Numbered from the stretch's first letter, positions 1 to 12,192 are shown. The stretch is 48,080 bases of DNA from Macrostomum lignano (GCA_002269645.1 NIVC01001460.1:1-48080); one strand, 5' to 3'. The notes: generated by a model from the letters alone, not told the origin. Numbers and translations: made by a program.

Positions 1-2149
1 AAAGCGAGAGCGTAACAATAAAATCGACGTCGCAGTATTCCTCGAGTGCAGAAATCAATGTCAACGATGCGCCTAATAACAAAATCAACTCTATAACAAT
101 ACGAGGTCCTCCAGAAAGGGCGTCTTCTTCTAGACTAATGGAATCGGAGTCGTGTGCTCCTATCGGTTAATCTAGGATAACCAAATCAATAACTCGATAA
201 TCCTCTAAGGGTATCGGAATCGGTCCGCAGATCCTATCCAATCTCTTAGGAAAATGGGAGGCCTCAAACTCAATAGACTCAGTAAAAATCAACTGAACAG
301 TAATGGCCGGCAATAAAATTGCTCTCAATAATCAAAATAACGAAGACCCAATCAAAAGCTTACCAATTGGTATTTAATCTCTTCCTCAGAGATATAGCCT
401 CGTTTGGCTGCTCTTGCAAAGCCCAAGATCTTTGGAGGCTGTTCCGAGTCTGAGATTTCAGCTCGAATTTTGCTTTTGTATTTATACACAATTTGTCTGC
501 CTTGATTCGACCTTGAGCTCAGAACGATTTTTTGATGAGTTCACGAAGGGAATATTATTATTTGACCGGTGGGGTTTTTGAATAGAAAAGGGTGAGACTT
601 TGGTCACATTCAGGTTAACATTTACCGTATTTGGAAGTTCTAAAAATAGATGTCGAGAACCGGTTTTTCGGACAATAGCATAGTCACTCGCTGTTTGCAT
701 GATATTACTGTATTACTAAAAATAGAGTATGACGCATAGCTATTTTTAAATTTGTGTTAATAATTTTATCTTACTACTTCTAGTAGGCTACCATGTTTTG
801 GAGATCTCTACAAGGGTGGTCGCCGGTCCGTCTAGCAGCGTGATCTTCCGTGGGGAAGAAAGTGGCTCGTATTGTCGCCCGAAGGAACTGGATGAGCTGT
901 GGTGGGATGCTGTCGGGCTGGCAGACCTCGTCAATGGACGGGTTCGGCCCGAAGTAGCGTAGCCGGTCTCTGGTAAAGAAAGGGCAGTGACAAACAAAGT
1001 GCTGAGCAAGCAGTGCCTGGCGAGGTAGCCATGGCCAGTAAAGGTCATGACAAGGGCTCGAATATCCTTCTGATTTTGGTTCAGAAGGACGTTTCTGAGC
1101 CTACGAGAGAGACACGGAACCACGGCACGAGATTGATGACTGTCGAAGGCATAAGGACCAAGGGGCAGGGCCAAAGAAAGAGCCAGAGCCGCCCCTCTTG
1201 GCGAGGGTCCCCGGAAACCCTGCGTGCCCTGGGATCCACTTCAGCCTAACAGTATTGCTACTGGCGAGAAGGTTGAGCTGCCGGACGCAGTCGGCGACTG
1301 TCCGGGAGTTCGTTGTGGTGTGGCAAAGGGCCTGTAAGGCCGCTTGGCTTTCAGAGTGGATGACAAGTCTCTCCTCTCGTACCCTTGGCGTTCAGCTCTG
1401 CAGCGCAGGAGCTGATGGCAAGGACTTCGTTCTGGAAGACTGTGGAGAGTCTACCAGTGTGCTGGGCATGCGTAAAATGACGCGGCCGTTGATGATGATG
1501 CAGACCCCAAAGCCGGCGTGGCCGTCTTTGATGGATCCATCCGTGTAGCAATGGACCTCCTGGAAGTTCCAGTGGTCAGTGGCAGCATCCTTTGAGGGGA
1601 TGGTGACCTTGTAGCGCTGAAGAGGTTGAGAGTGCGGCGTTCGCCGTCAGATAAGACGTGGAGCCCGCTCGCTGTCTCTCAAGTCTTTGAGGCAGAGGTC
1701 GGCGAGAGGCAGGAGCTTGCGCTTAGCCATGGCCCTTTGGGGCTGGATTCGAATGCCAGCGTCAATTAGACGGCGGGTAGTCTTAGCCGCTTCCCTGCGG
1801 ACGAAGATGTCCAGCGGGGGAATGTTGAGGAAAACGTTGTGGCCATCTTAGGGAGCAGACGGGGGGCGCTCATGATCATGCGGCATGCGCGCCCATGCGT
1901 TCTCCTGAGAGCCTCTAGACAGGTCTTTATCTGCAGGGCGCTAGCCCAGATCAGGCCGCCATACGAGATAGCGGGCCTAACCATTGCAGTGTAGATCCAC
2001 CAGAGGCGCTTGGGGGTGAGCCCCCAGGTGGTGCCGACAGCCTGCGCAGTTGCGCGAGGACTACGAGGGCCTTTTTGGCTTTTGTTGAACGTGGGGTGAC
2101 CAGTTCAGCCTGTGGTCCAGGGGTTTACCTAGACATTTAGTCTGCTTGC

Positions 2150-3962
2150 TTTAATGTGAGCATCTTACGTAAATTACCTTTAATTGTCATTAATTATTAA
2201 TTAATGTTTTCGTTCTATTTTTGGGTTTGTTTTCAAAGTGCTTTTTGTTAGTTAGAGTTTATTATTGCGAAACAACTAGACGCGTTCCAAAACCAGTTAA
2301 ATCAGCCGAGGGCCGACAACCTGGTAGGAGCTTTCGGGTTTCCATTTTTCGGGTTCGGGGTAGAATCCGAACCCAAAGCTCTAACCCCGAACCCAGACCC
2401 AAAACCCGACCCGGCCCCGAAATTCTACCCGAAAAAAACATCAATACTCAATCAGAATCAAAATAGTTGCACTATTTTTCGTATTTTTAATTTCGTATTC
2501 TCAAAATTAATTTGTATTAATTGTTGAGTCATGCTGACTGTCAGAAATTCAACTAAATTTTAGAAAATCACATTGATATAGTCCATTTTTCATTTTAACC
2601 AAGAGACATGGCTCAGAATTTGGAATCAGCAGATTCGTAAATAAAGGCACTGCGAACTATTAAAGATTCTGTCAATAAATTATTTAATAATATGATTGCA
2701 TAATAATAATATTAGTCAAGACATTCCTCAGCTCAGTATAATGCAAGCAATGCAAATGCACCAATATGGTCTTCTTTTGCTTGGAGAAGGCTATAATATT
2801 ATATAAATTCATTTTTTTTCTAAACGAATTCTTGACGAAGCCTTAATTTATCATTTGTGTAAATTGTTGCGCATTATAAGGTAAGGTAGCATACTGGAAT
2901 GATATTTAAGACGATTTAAAAAATTAAATATACGCGAAAAAACCTAGAAACACTCAGTTTACGCTTAATTTCGTTCCAACTCGTAAAAATATAAAAAACC
3001 CGAAAACCCGAACCCGGTACCAAAACCCGAACAACCGAAACCCGAACCCGAATACACTACCCCGAACCCGAACCCGACCTGAACGCCTACCCGAACCCGA
3101 ACCCGGTGTCAAAACCCGACTCTACCCGGCCTGAGAGCGCGCCGTGGGTTCAGTGCAATTTGGATTATCGAGCGGTCAGCCAGACAGACATCCCGGTTCT
3201 TCTCCTTTTCGTCTGGTTGATCGTTTTCGTCTCCCGGCCGTTTTGCCATCTGCCGTGCTTTGAGGCGCTTTTATCGAGTCGAGCCCCGGCCCATATCTTG
3301 TTCCGCTGCCCGACCGCAGTAGCCTTGCCGGCGTAACAATCGCGACAACCTTTTTCAGAGTTTGTCGTCGGCAAGCGCGGTATAGGTAGGAACTGTCGGT
3401 TTGACATAGTACGCGACCTCGATCCCGAGGGCCCCAGTATTTCACTGAAAGGCATATCTGGTAGGATTTGGCGAGGGATTCGCTGAACCGTCAGACCGTC
3501 AGTGTCCTCTTCTGAGAGTAGGACCTTGGGATTAGGCCAGGGGTGTGTAGGAAGCTTCTCCGTTGGTCCTGTGTTCTGGTTTCGCCTTTTCACTTCTTCC
3601 AGCATTGAGATCCACTCGCCGGAGTGCGTTGTTAATTTCATTTGTCAAGTGTTCAATTGCAAATTGCGTTATCTAATCTGTGTTAAAATTTGGAGTCAAT
3701 CAAATATTAAGAATTCAAGTCTCAGTCAGTCTTTATGTCAGATTAGGATCATCAATCTAAATCCATCTGGAATTGCTTTCTACCGCGTAATTCATTTACT
3801 TGTACCGTATCTGCGACTATTAGAGAAAGCTTGGTAGGACTCACCTACCCGCGATAGGCAATAGGAATTAATAGTTTTAAAATCTCCAATCGCTCCAGTA
3901 GGTTTGTCTAGGGCCTAAACTACGGCTCGTATTTGCCGTATCGCAATGTATCCAATATTCCA
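2150..3962 (-). mobile_element. Unclassified 1.8-kb insertion nested in the LINE RT region
   Basis: Flanked by a direct repeat TTGC at 2146-2149 and 3963-3966; removing it restores the LINE sequence. On the minus strand it begins TGGAATATTG, holds a 158-aa ORF (3641-3165) and has an AATAAA near the far end. Confidence 0.7.
2330..3125. repeat. MITE-like segment with clustered CCCGAA/TTCGGG repeats at both ends and an AT-rich core
   Basis: TTCGGGTT/CCCGAACC clusters at ~2340-2435 and ~2995-3125 in roughly inverted arrangement. No TSD found. Confidence 0.5.
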
Positions 3963-5927
3963 TTGCAGAAGGGGATTTCCCTTCCGTAAAGCGTGAGCGG
4001 CCGAATCTGCCACTTGGTCCTGCTGGTGAACATGATCGCTGCGGTCTTAGTCTCAGAGAGCCTTAAACCACAGCGGTCCGCCCATTGCTCAGCGGCGTAG
4101 ATGAAGTTCTGAAGAAGGTCCCTGAGGGTATCAGGGGACGGACCAGATGCCACCGCGGTGACATCGTCCGCATATCCAACTTTCAGAATGGGGTCAGGCC
4201 GAACATCCCGGAGGAGCTCATCGATGACCATATTCCAGAGAACTGGAGACAGCACCATACCTTGCGGGCTACCTTTGCAGACGATGACCGTCCTCTGGTA
4301 GTCCAGCAGACTGGCGGTGGCCGTGCGATGGCTGATCATGTACATGATCCATCTGGTGAGATGTGAGTGCGTTTGCCTCTCACAAAGAGCTCTTCGGAAC
4401 GCCTCGAAGAGGATGTTATCGAAGGCGCCAATGATGTCCAGGAAGATCCCCAGAGCGAAGCCGCAACCAAGCACGGCCTTCTCAAGTTATCGACCAGGAC
4501 GTACAGCGCGATTTCAGTGGAGCGACCCGCCCGAAAGACGTGCTGGTTCTCGCTGGAAGGCTTGTTCTTCAGCTCTACGGAGAGAAGGCGCCACAGCACC
4601 AGTCTCTCCATCAGCTTGACCAGGGAGGAGGTCAGGCTGATCGGTCTGAAGGATTTGATAGAATGGCAGTCCGGGCGGCCTGGCTTAGGGATAAAAATCA
4701 CCTTTGCCTCGGTCCATGCCTGCGGAACATAACGAAGCGTGATGCACGCCCGAAAAAGGCTGCAAAGTTTACGCAGGAAGCCTGGGCATTTAACCGCCTC
4801 TCTTAGAATGGCAGGTACGATGCCGTCGGACCCTGGGGCTTTGAAAGGTTTGAAGGAGTTAGCCACTCTCACGATGCGGTCCGTGATGATAGAGGCAGCC
4901 AGCGCGTGACCTCCCTCCGAGTGATCCGGAGTGGTCGGGCTAGCTGGCTCGTTGGGGAAAAACGCAGTGAGCATTTCATCAAGCGTTTCCCCTGGGTTGT
5001 CCGTGGACGTACCGTTGGTGCGTTTGACTGAGGAAAGCTTAGAAATTTTGTCCAGCGTAAGCGCTTTCGCAATTCTGGAGGTGGGGCGTGAGCCCTCTAG
5101 CTCCTCGCAGTATTGTCGCCATTTTTGAGCCTTTGCATTCCTAACCTGCCTTTTTCAACTCATGGATTGCTTCATGATAGGCGGTTTGGTCCGCTGGGCT
5201 CTTAGTTTTAGTTGCTCTGCGGTGGAGTCTCTTAGCTCTGCGACGGAGGCCAGATTAATGCCGGTGCTGCCCCAGTGAGTATGGTGGGCGTTGATGTCGC
5301 CGGCAACCATAAGCTCGTAGTTTTTGGCACAGCAGAGCTCCACCAGCGTAGCGAGGGCTGTGGGACGACCGCAGAATCGCCTGTTAGGTAGACCGAGGCT
5401 ATGAGGGTGGTCTTCCCAGGAAGGAGGTCCTCAGATTGGATGACGCAGATGTCCCTGTTAGACAGGTCCGATCTGAGCCACGCACTGAACATGTTGACCG
5501 AAAAGATGCAAGCTCTGGGAGGCTGGTTGGCCTCGCGAAGGTATGTATAAAAACAGTTGTAGCTGGCAGGGGCGTTTTGAGGCTTACCTCTAAGAGTCCA
5601 GGGTTCCTGGACGAAGATGAGCCCTGGCGTGTCGAGCCCGGCGTGACGCATAAGGTTGACCGAGGCTGCAACGCAGTGTTGCAGATTAATCTGCTAGCAA
5701 TGGATTCCCTGGCTGCTGATCATTATCATGCAGTTGGGGAATCGGTGAGCAGGTCATCCTCCTCCTTTTCAGGGGTGGTTGGCCCTCAGATCTCCATGGG
5801 AGTTTCAGCGTCCTCGGCAGTTAGGGTGGCTGCGGAGTCCTCCGCGGGTATGAGCCCAGCATGGACGTTACCGTCGCCTCCCCTACGTGCTTCGGTGCTT
5901 CACTGCCCGTCCCCTCTGCCTCGTCGG

Positions 5928-7055
5928 TCAGGTCGATGCGGGTGGTGCCAGCCTCCTGGTGAGTCGCAGACTCGAACAGTCGGTCGGCGCCTTCCCGCCG
6001 ACAGCCCGGCCTTCTGGCTGTTGGGGTGGAGCACGAGAAGCGCGGGCCTGGATCAGACCGGACCTCCGGGTGCTCCTGGCGGGTCTGCGATTGCGATATC
6101 CGGTTTTAGCAGCGCGAACTGCCTTACTGGGCTTGGGGTCGGCCGTTTGCCTCAGCTTCTTTGCCGGAAGAGCCTGGGCCCCAGTTCCGGTTTCGGAAAC
6201 CTCGGCATGCTTGGCTTCATCAGCTTTCCGCTCCTTGCAACGGAGGATGGTCAGCTGAGTCAGACGAAGGTGGATTGTGGACTTAGGCGGCAGGCGCTTA
6301 GCCCAGTCGTCGGAGAGCCCAAGAATCACCGTGGCCCCCTTCTCCTTGCGGGAAGTGGCGTGGTGTAGTATCCCATTGACCTCAAGGCCAGGATGCAGCT
6401 TTAGCAGGATTTGCCTAAGCTGATCCCCGGACTTAATGGCACTGCCGGCCGGGATCCAGACGCAAAAGCGCTGGGTCTTTTGTCGCTCGCCCTCGCTGGC
6501 GAAGACAAGCTTGCCGAGCTTCTTGAGCCTGTTCAACTTTGGCAGAAGCTCGCGTAGACTGCGGCTGCTCTCCTCCGAGTTGCACCAGATGAAGATGCAG
6601 CCGTCGGTCTTGGTAGATTTGACCACGCTCACGGGCGTAGTTGGTGGCGGCGGTTCCCGAAGGCCCGGCCGCGCTGGTAGCAGGTTTACTGGGTGGCTCA
6701 TCAGCGGGGGTTGTATCCTGGGGGGCAGGGGTTGCTGTGGCTCCTTTCGGCCCAACGGCAGCCTCGCCCTCCCTAGGTTCCCCCTCCGCCGGTGGCCGGC
6801 CCGCAGTATCCCGCAGTCACCGTCGCCGCTCGTTGCGGCGTTGGTTGCGGGCACGTCGGGCCTCTGCTGAGGGCCCGGGTGCGCGTGCGGGCATGTCACC
6901 GGCCGAGCCGGTGGCAAGCCCATCTGCCCCGGTGGGGCGGCGCTGGTGCTAGAGTCACCGGCCGGAGTTGCCGGGGCCCCGGCTTCAGCGGGAGTTTTAT
7001 GTTTTAGAGGCGGAGAACGCCATAGCTGAAAGCGGGAAGGAGTGAGCTGAGTCAC
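5928..7055 (-). CDS. LINE ORF1 (gag-like); Pro-rich N-terminus, DUF4780-like core
   Basis: 375-aa ORF directly upstream of the APE domain. The core FCVWIP...ILLKLHPGL resembles the VWIP..NPGL signature of LOA/R1-type ORF1 (recognised by eye). True start codon uncertain. Confidence 0.65.
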   Translation of the reverse strand: MTQLTPSRFQLWRSPPLKHKTPAEAGAPATPAGDSSTSAAPPGQMGLPPARPVTCPHAHPGPQQRPDVPATNAATSGDGDCGILRAGHRRRGNLGRARLPLGRKEPQQPLPPRIQPPLMSHPVNLLPARPGLREPPPPTTPVSVVKSTKTDGCIFIWCNSEESSRSLRELLPKLNRLKKLGKLVFASEGERQKTQRFCVWIPAGSAIKSGDQLRQILLKLHPGLEVNGILHHATSRKEKGATVILGLSDDWAKRLPPKSTIHLRLTQLTILRCKERKADEAKHAEVSETGTGAQALPAKKLRQTADPKPSKAVRAAKTGYRNRRPARSTRRSGLIQARASRAPPQQPEGRAVGGKAPTDCSSLRLTRRLAPPAST

Positions 7056-7552
7056 AAAGGAAAGAGGAAAGAAGAAAAAGGAAAAGGAAGGACCGCTAGC
7101 GACCGGACAACCCCCCGGCCTTCCAGCCCATCGGCACAGTCAAACACCTTAGGCACGTTAAGCAGTACCACGGCCTGCAGGCTGGCGAGCCAGACCCGCA
7201 TACCCAAGTTCGGCCGAAGCCACTCGATGCGTCGCCAGCGTCGGAGCCCAGTCAGTCCAGCAGCCCAGGGTCTGCCTTGAACACACGCGGGGACGAGTAC
7301 CCCTGGGTCCTGGGTACCCCTACTACTTGCGAGACAGCGTGGGGGAGGGTCTGCGGCTGCCAGCGGCAAATTGAGGGTGCAGACCTCCCACCAGCCTTAA
7401 CCTGCGGATAGATAGGGGATAGGGGCAGGCGTGAAGCGTCGCAGACCATAGCCCATAGGCCTGGTCTGTCTCATATTTCACAGGCGTGCTGAATACACCT
7501 TCGCATGCAATATATCCGCTACATTTACTTTAGTAATGGCGATACGCGAGAT

Positions 7553-7903
7553 CAGGGGTGTCGCCATGGATTTTTTGGTGGGGGGGCACCAGACACTCAT
7601 TTTGGCGCCGCAGGCACTCATTTTAGCGCCGCAGGCACTCATTTTAGCGCCGCAGGCACTCATTTTAGCGCCGCAGGCACTCATTTTAGCGCCGCAGGCA
7701 CTCATTTTAGCGCCGCAGGCACTCATTTTAGCACCGCAGGCACTATTTTTTTGCCAGCCTGACGCAAATTTATTGATTTCCATAACGGGTCACATGGTGG
7801 GGGGGGGGGAGAAAGCATTGGCATGCCCCCCCAGATCTTTTACTGGGGGGGGGGGGGGTAGGGGACACATGTCCCCCCTGTCCCCCCATTGGCGACGCCC
7901 CTG
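7553..7903. mobile_element. hAT-type MITE (351 bp) with an internal 21-bp tandem repeat
   Basis: TIRs CAGGGGTGTCGCCA / TGGCGACGCCCCTG (1 mismatch in 14). Perfect 8-bp TSD CGCGAGAT at 7545-7552 and 7904-7911. About 7 copies of GCACTCATTTTAGCGCCGCAG at ~7596-7745. Confidence 0.92.
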
Positions 7904-8369
7904 CGCGAGATAGCAATTAAATTAAAAGCGTTCTAACAAATCTGCAACCAAGGAACGAATTATTCTGTATATAACAATTTCCGGATCCATGGCTATAATC
8001 AGAAGTTTCTACGAGTATTTTAAAAAAAATTTGGCTTCAATTAGTCCATCATTCGAGCGGTATTTTTGATAGAAAATGGATACTACACTACAGATGCTAG
8101 GCTATAACTAGCTCAGTATATAATGTGACTGAAATATTTCATGGACTTTTAATTTGCTTCCGCTGTCCCGATGTTATCTATGTAACAAAGCCGCAAGCTC
8201 AGGTATGGGCATGATTTAGTCTAGGGCACCGATAAGATGCAGTTTGCACGGCTGGAACAGGACCGCCTGGCTTAACCGAGTAAAGAATTCGGTAGTAACC
8301 AGTAAACAACTTGATAATTCTTGCCTTAGAAAATTGTTTAGCAGGCTGCATTAAAAACCGAAGTCGAAA

Positions 8370-11238
8370 ATGCGAGCCCGACTCCGCACGGTGACCGGTG
8401 CCGCTCAGGAGGTGGCTGGCATCACGAGAACTCACGGCTTGCTGCACATATTCCTGTCCAGAAGCACAGCTAGACGGCTCTTCTGGCTGCTTCTGTTCGT
8501 AGCTGCCCTGATCGGCTGCACCGTCCACCTGGCCAAGTTGGTGCAGAAGTTCACCGAGCACTCCGTTGAGTCGCAGCTGAAGCTGAGGAGCGAACAAGCC
8601 CAGTTTCCCGAGGTCACAATCTGCAACTTCAAGCCCCTTTCTGCAAGCGTAGGTCCTAATATTCTTGTAAGCAAATACTTTCCGACTTTCTGGGGCAATT
8701 TCGTCAACTGGTTCAAAGAGGACACCCCGAAGCGCCCGCAAGAATCGGATGAAAGCTATGAAAGCCGACTTGAGACGGTGTGCAAGAAGGTCCTAGACGT
8801 GATGTGGGTGTCGGACGACACCAGAGACATCTCCCACCTCGACGAGACCATGCTGCTGCGATGCCGCTACAACAACGAGCCATGCAGTTACAAAAACTTT
8901 TCGCTTGTCCAGACGAGCCGGTTCTGGAACTGCTACACGTTCCACCCGGACCCAAAGCAGTCGTCCAGCGGTTCTGGGGGCAGAGGAGCCAAGTTGGACA
9001 TGGTTCTCTTCACCGATGGATACATTGGCTCTTCTAGTTTTACCTACCGTCCCGAATTTTCTAATATTATTTCAAAACTAGTATGTCTTGGTCGATTGGC
9101 TTTCAATATGATAGCTATAAGCCGGCTGCTGAACAACAACCAACCTCAGTCGAATGGATTGCGAATTTTCTTTCACGAAGCAAAAAGCTACCCGTTGACT
9201 GGTACGTATTATTTAAAAAATAGATTTTTTGCCTAGTAAGGTTTTACTTTGCTTAGAGGGTTTATAATTGTCTTGATTTAGAACTGCAATACTTTCCAAA
9301 TGCTCGAAAACTTCGAAGGTTCTATAAAAATGAACGATTCATCGAGCAAAAGATTCCAAATGCTCACTTTAGCTTTTATCGCTAAAACCTTTTACCCATG
9401 CTAAACTGCAGACGCCGAGTTCGTAGACGTGGCCTCAGCCAGAAGCACCTCCATCAAACTCAGGCCGATCCACAACCGGCTCGTGTCGACGCCGAGTCGC
9501 AGGTGTTCCGAGCCTCCTTTAGAAACCATCAACTACGTCAGATACTTCTCCAACGCCTCGACGAACGTTGTTAGCAAGGAGTACTTCAAATCCATTTCAG
9601 ATTTTGTATTCGAGGCACAGCAGAGCATCCTGCAAAGCAACTGCGGCTGCTACTCGCACCTGCTTCCGTTCTCGGTGAACACGAGCGACCTGTGTTACTT
9701 CGCTCCACCGCAGAATTGGATAACCCCATCAGATGCTGTGCTCAAAAGAATCAGCTGCCATGACCTCTGGTTTGAACACGCACAGAGGCGAGGTCAGGAG
9801 CTGGTGAAAGAGTTTCAGCACCGGATGCGGTGCGATTTTACGCAGCAACGGCCTTGGCAGCAGAGCCGCAGCTGGCCCCCGTTAAGCGCTATTCAAGAGA
9901 TCTCAGAAGAACTGATAGCGCCGCTGGTCAGACATGGAATGAAGTTCAGGCGGAGCAGGGATGGAAAAAAGCAGCACATGATAAAAAAATTTCTACTTTT
10001 TTCCAGAAAGGAACATGTATTAATGCATCTTCTTGAGCAGGACTACTGGAATTGCACGGCTTGGTTCAGTTATAATAGAACTATTGATAATACTAACACT
10101 TCCACACTCAACGAGCTTTTGGAAGAATACCTCGAGTCAGCACCGTACTGCCTTCAGCGTCGCTCATTGTCCAAAAACCTGGCAGCAGTCAGCATCAACT
10201 TGCAGAGTCCTGCGGCGGACGCTTACGAAGAGAAGTACAAATACCACTGGACTGAGGCTCTGTCGGAGGTGAGAGCTGCATTTCTGTTGCAATATTCTCG
10301 CAGGCTGCAGGTGACCAGACCCGCCTAGACCCGCTAATTTTCATGCGCATTTTAAAAAACGGCCTTAGCCCCTCCGTCCCGCCCTGGTTCCCTTAGCGAC
10401 ACTGAGCTGCTCCGATCTGCCATTTTTTTTACCTCGTAAAATGCTAGCTAGCCCCACTACAAAGCTGCTTACATGTAGAAATTAGGTTGAGCAAACTGAG
10501 CTGCGCGAGCCTCAGAGCCGATTGGGTCGCGAGTCCTCCCAGTAAGCTACCGTCTTCCCATGGGTTCTCACCCGCTCCAATTGGCATGAGCTACCGTCTT
10601 CCCATGGGTTCTCACCCGCTCCAACTGGCATGAGCTACCGTCTTCCCATGGGTTCTCACCCGCTCCAACTGGCATGAGCTACCGTCTTCCCATGGGTTCT
10701 CACCCGCTCCAATTGGCATGAGCTACCGTCTTCCCATGGGTTCTCACCCGCTCCAACTGGCATGAGCTACCGTCTTCCCATGGGTTCTCACCCGCTCCAA
10801 TTGGCTTGAGCTACCGTCTTCCCATGGGTTCTCACCCGCTCCAACTGGCATGAGCTACCGTCTTCCCATGGGTTCTCACCCGCTCCAATTGGCATGAGCT
10901 ACCATCGGGTGGCCATCCGCTTGCAGCTTACTCCTGAATGACTACGGAGTGACCGAACGCTTTGCAAGGTGCCGCCTCTTTGTCTCGGTGCTCAGTGCCC
11001 AGCTAACCAGTGCCCGAGCCCCACAGCAACACGGCAGCAGGAAGCTGCAGAGACCCCAAACCAGACATCTGCTCAAATTCGAGCACTTCTCCTCGAAATC
11101 CCTCAGATCGGTGGAGCTCTGGGACTTTGGCTCGGCATCAGCGTCGTGAGCACCTTCGAGCTGCTTGAGTTCATCTATATTCTGGTGCAGAGGTGCAGGA
11201 GAAACGATAGCGACTCGGATAGCGAAGAAGAGTCCTGA
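8370..11238 (+). CDS. DEG/ENaC (ASIC/FaNaC superfamily) ion channel subunit; exons 8370-9201, 9412-10268, 11107-11238
   Basis: N-terminal HG motif (TRTHGL), TM1 (LFWLLLFVAALIGCTVHL), FPEVTICN, CRYNNEPC...NCYTF, GLRIFFH, and TM2 with GGALGLWLGIS (GxS filter). GT-AG junctions are phase-compatible (1, then 0) and give one open frame. Confidence 0.92.
10545..10903. repeat. 44-bp minisatellite, ~8 copies, in DEG/ENaC intron 2
   Basis: Unit AGCTACCGTCTTCCCATGGGTTCTCACCCGCTCCAATTGGCATG, near-identical copies. Confidence 0.95.
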
Positions 11239-11917
11239 GTTCGAATCAGCAGCTAGCTCTCTGCATTGCGATTCTGATCGTTCACTAGCTTTATTTTCAC
11301 CGGCTGGTTTCTGACTTTACAGCGGCATTGCAAATGTCGTGCTGAGTTCGATGCCTTCAGCTCATCCTCGATTTCATTTCAGAAGCGAAGATTGATAGAG
11401 AACTTCAGACGCATCGCTTCATCACTGCTCAATCTGTGAGAAATTCGTACCGCTCTGTTGACTGTTTCTAGCAATTCTTGATGCTTAACGCGATAAATCT
11501 CTGTATTTTACTGTCACAGCATGAAAAATCCCTGTAACTTACTGTCACAGCATGATAAATCTCTGTAACTTACTGTAATTCACTGCACGGGGCTGCAAAG
11601 TGCCGAAGGCCATTTTGCGGTACGCAGAAGTGACACAGATTTAATTTTTGTTCGAGTCCCGTCTGCAGCCTCTCTCAGGTGGGCACTGATGCAGCGCTCA
11701 GCTCTTCTGTGTCTTTTCAATATGGGGTCTAGTTTTTTTTAATATTAACAAGTGTGCAATAATTTTGACTTTTTTTGTACCTCAAACTGCGAACCGATGT
11801 GTTGCAATCGCCAAAATACACCAACTCACTGCTAAATACTTTCCTACATCCTTTGTTTTGAATATTAAAAAAATTATACACCATTTTATTTTACAATTTT
11901 TAAACAAACTGCAAAGA

Positions 11918-12192
11918 CCTTCAATCCGCTGTGTCTGACCCTCAATCCGCTGTGTCTGACCCTCGATCCGCTGTGTCTGACTCCCAATCGGCTGTGTCTG
12001 ACTCCCAATCGGCTGTGTCTGACCCTCAATCCGCTGTGTCTGACCAGCAATCCGCTGTGTCTGAACCACAATCCGCTGTGTCTGACCCTCAATCCGCTGT
12101 GTCTGACTCCCAATCGGCTGTGTCTGACTCCCAATCGGCTGTGTCTGACTCCCAATCGGCTGTGTCTGACCCTCAATCCGCTGTGTCTGACC
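11918..12192. repeat. 21-bp minisatellite, ~13 copies
   Basis: Unit CCCTCAATCCGCTGTGTCTGA and variants. Confidence 0.95.

Larger units (their letters stand above)
790..5700 (-). pseudogene. LINE ORF2 (APE endonuclease-RT-RNase H), frameshifted and split by an insertion
   Basis: Domains are spread over several frames (ORFs 5232-5651, 4336-4974, 3920-4474, 1766-1984, 788-1174). Reading REIPFC|KQTKCLG is restored when 2150-3966 is removed. Confidence 0.85.
780..7460 (-). mobile_element. Non-LTR retrotransposon (LINE), LOA-like, near full length but decayed; interrupted at 2150-3962 by a nested insertion
   Basis: On the minus strand, in order: 5' UTR (~7460-7060); ORF1; APE endonuclease (LQINLQHC...FVQEPW, ~5700-5230); RT (FRPISLTS, FLDIIGAFDN, GSPQGMVLSPVLWN, GYADD, 4974-3967); post-RT segment (KQTKCLG..LDHRLNWSPHV..WGLTPKRLWWIYTAMVRPAISYGGLIW, 2149-1770); RNase H (CYTDGSIKDGHAGFG, ~1550-1350); C-terminal TGHG..HFVCHCP (~1100-800). 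Multiple frameshifts. Outer ends are approximate. Confidence 0.9.

Noticed and set aside
363-700. Minus-strand ORF pieces (72-aa ORF 482-700 and an open stretch ending KRGYISEEEIKYQL before GTAAGC)
   Set aside because: The pieces are in different frames, match no family I recognise, and are cut by the LINE end and the window edge. Gene versus transposon relic cannot be decided.
5436-6952. Plus-strand ORFs overlapping the LINE (310, 144, 123, 103 aa)
   Set aside because: Antisense shadows of GC-rich ORF1/ORF2.
7260-7480. HDV-like ribozyme at the LINE 5' end (known for some LOA/R2/RTE elements)
   Set aside because: Hairpins exist (CAGACCA/TGGTCTG; GGGAGGTCTGC/GCAGACCCTCCC), but I could not build the nested double pseudoknot or find the L3 and J4/2 motifs. 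A descriptor search would settle it.
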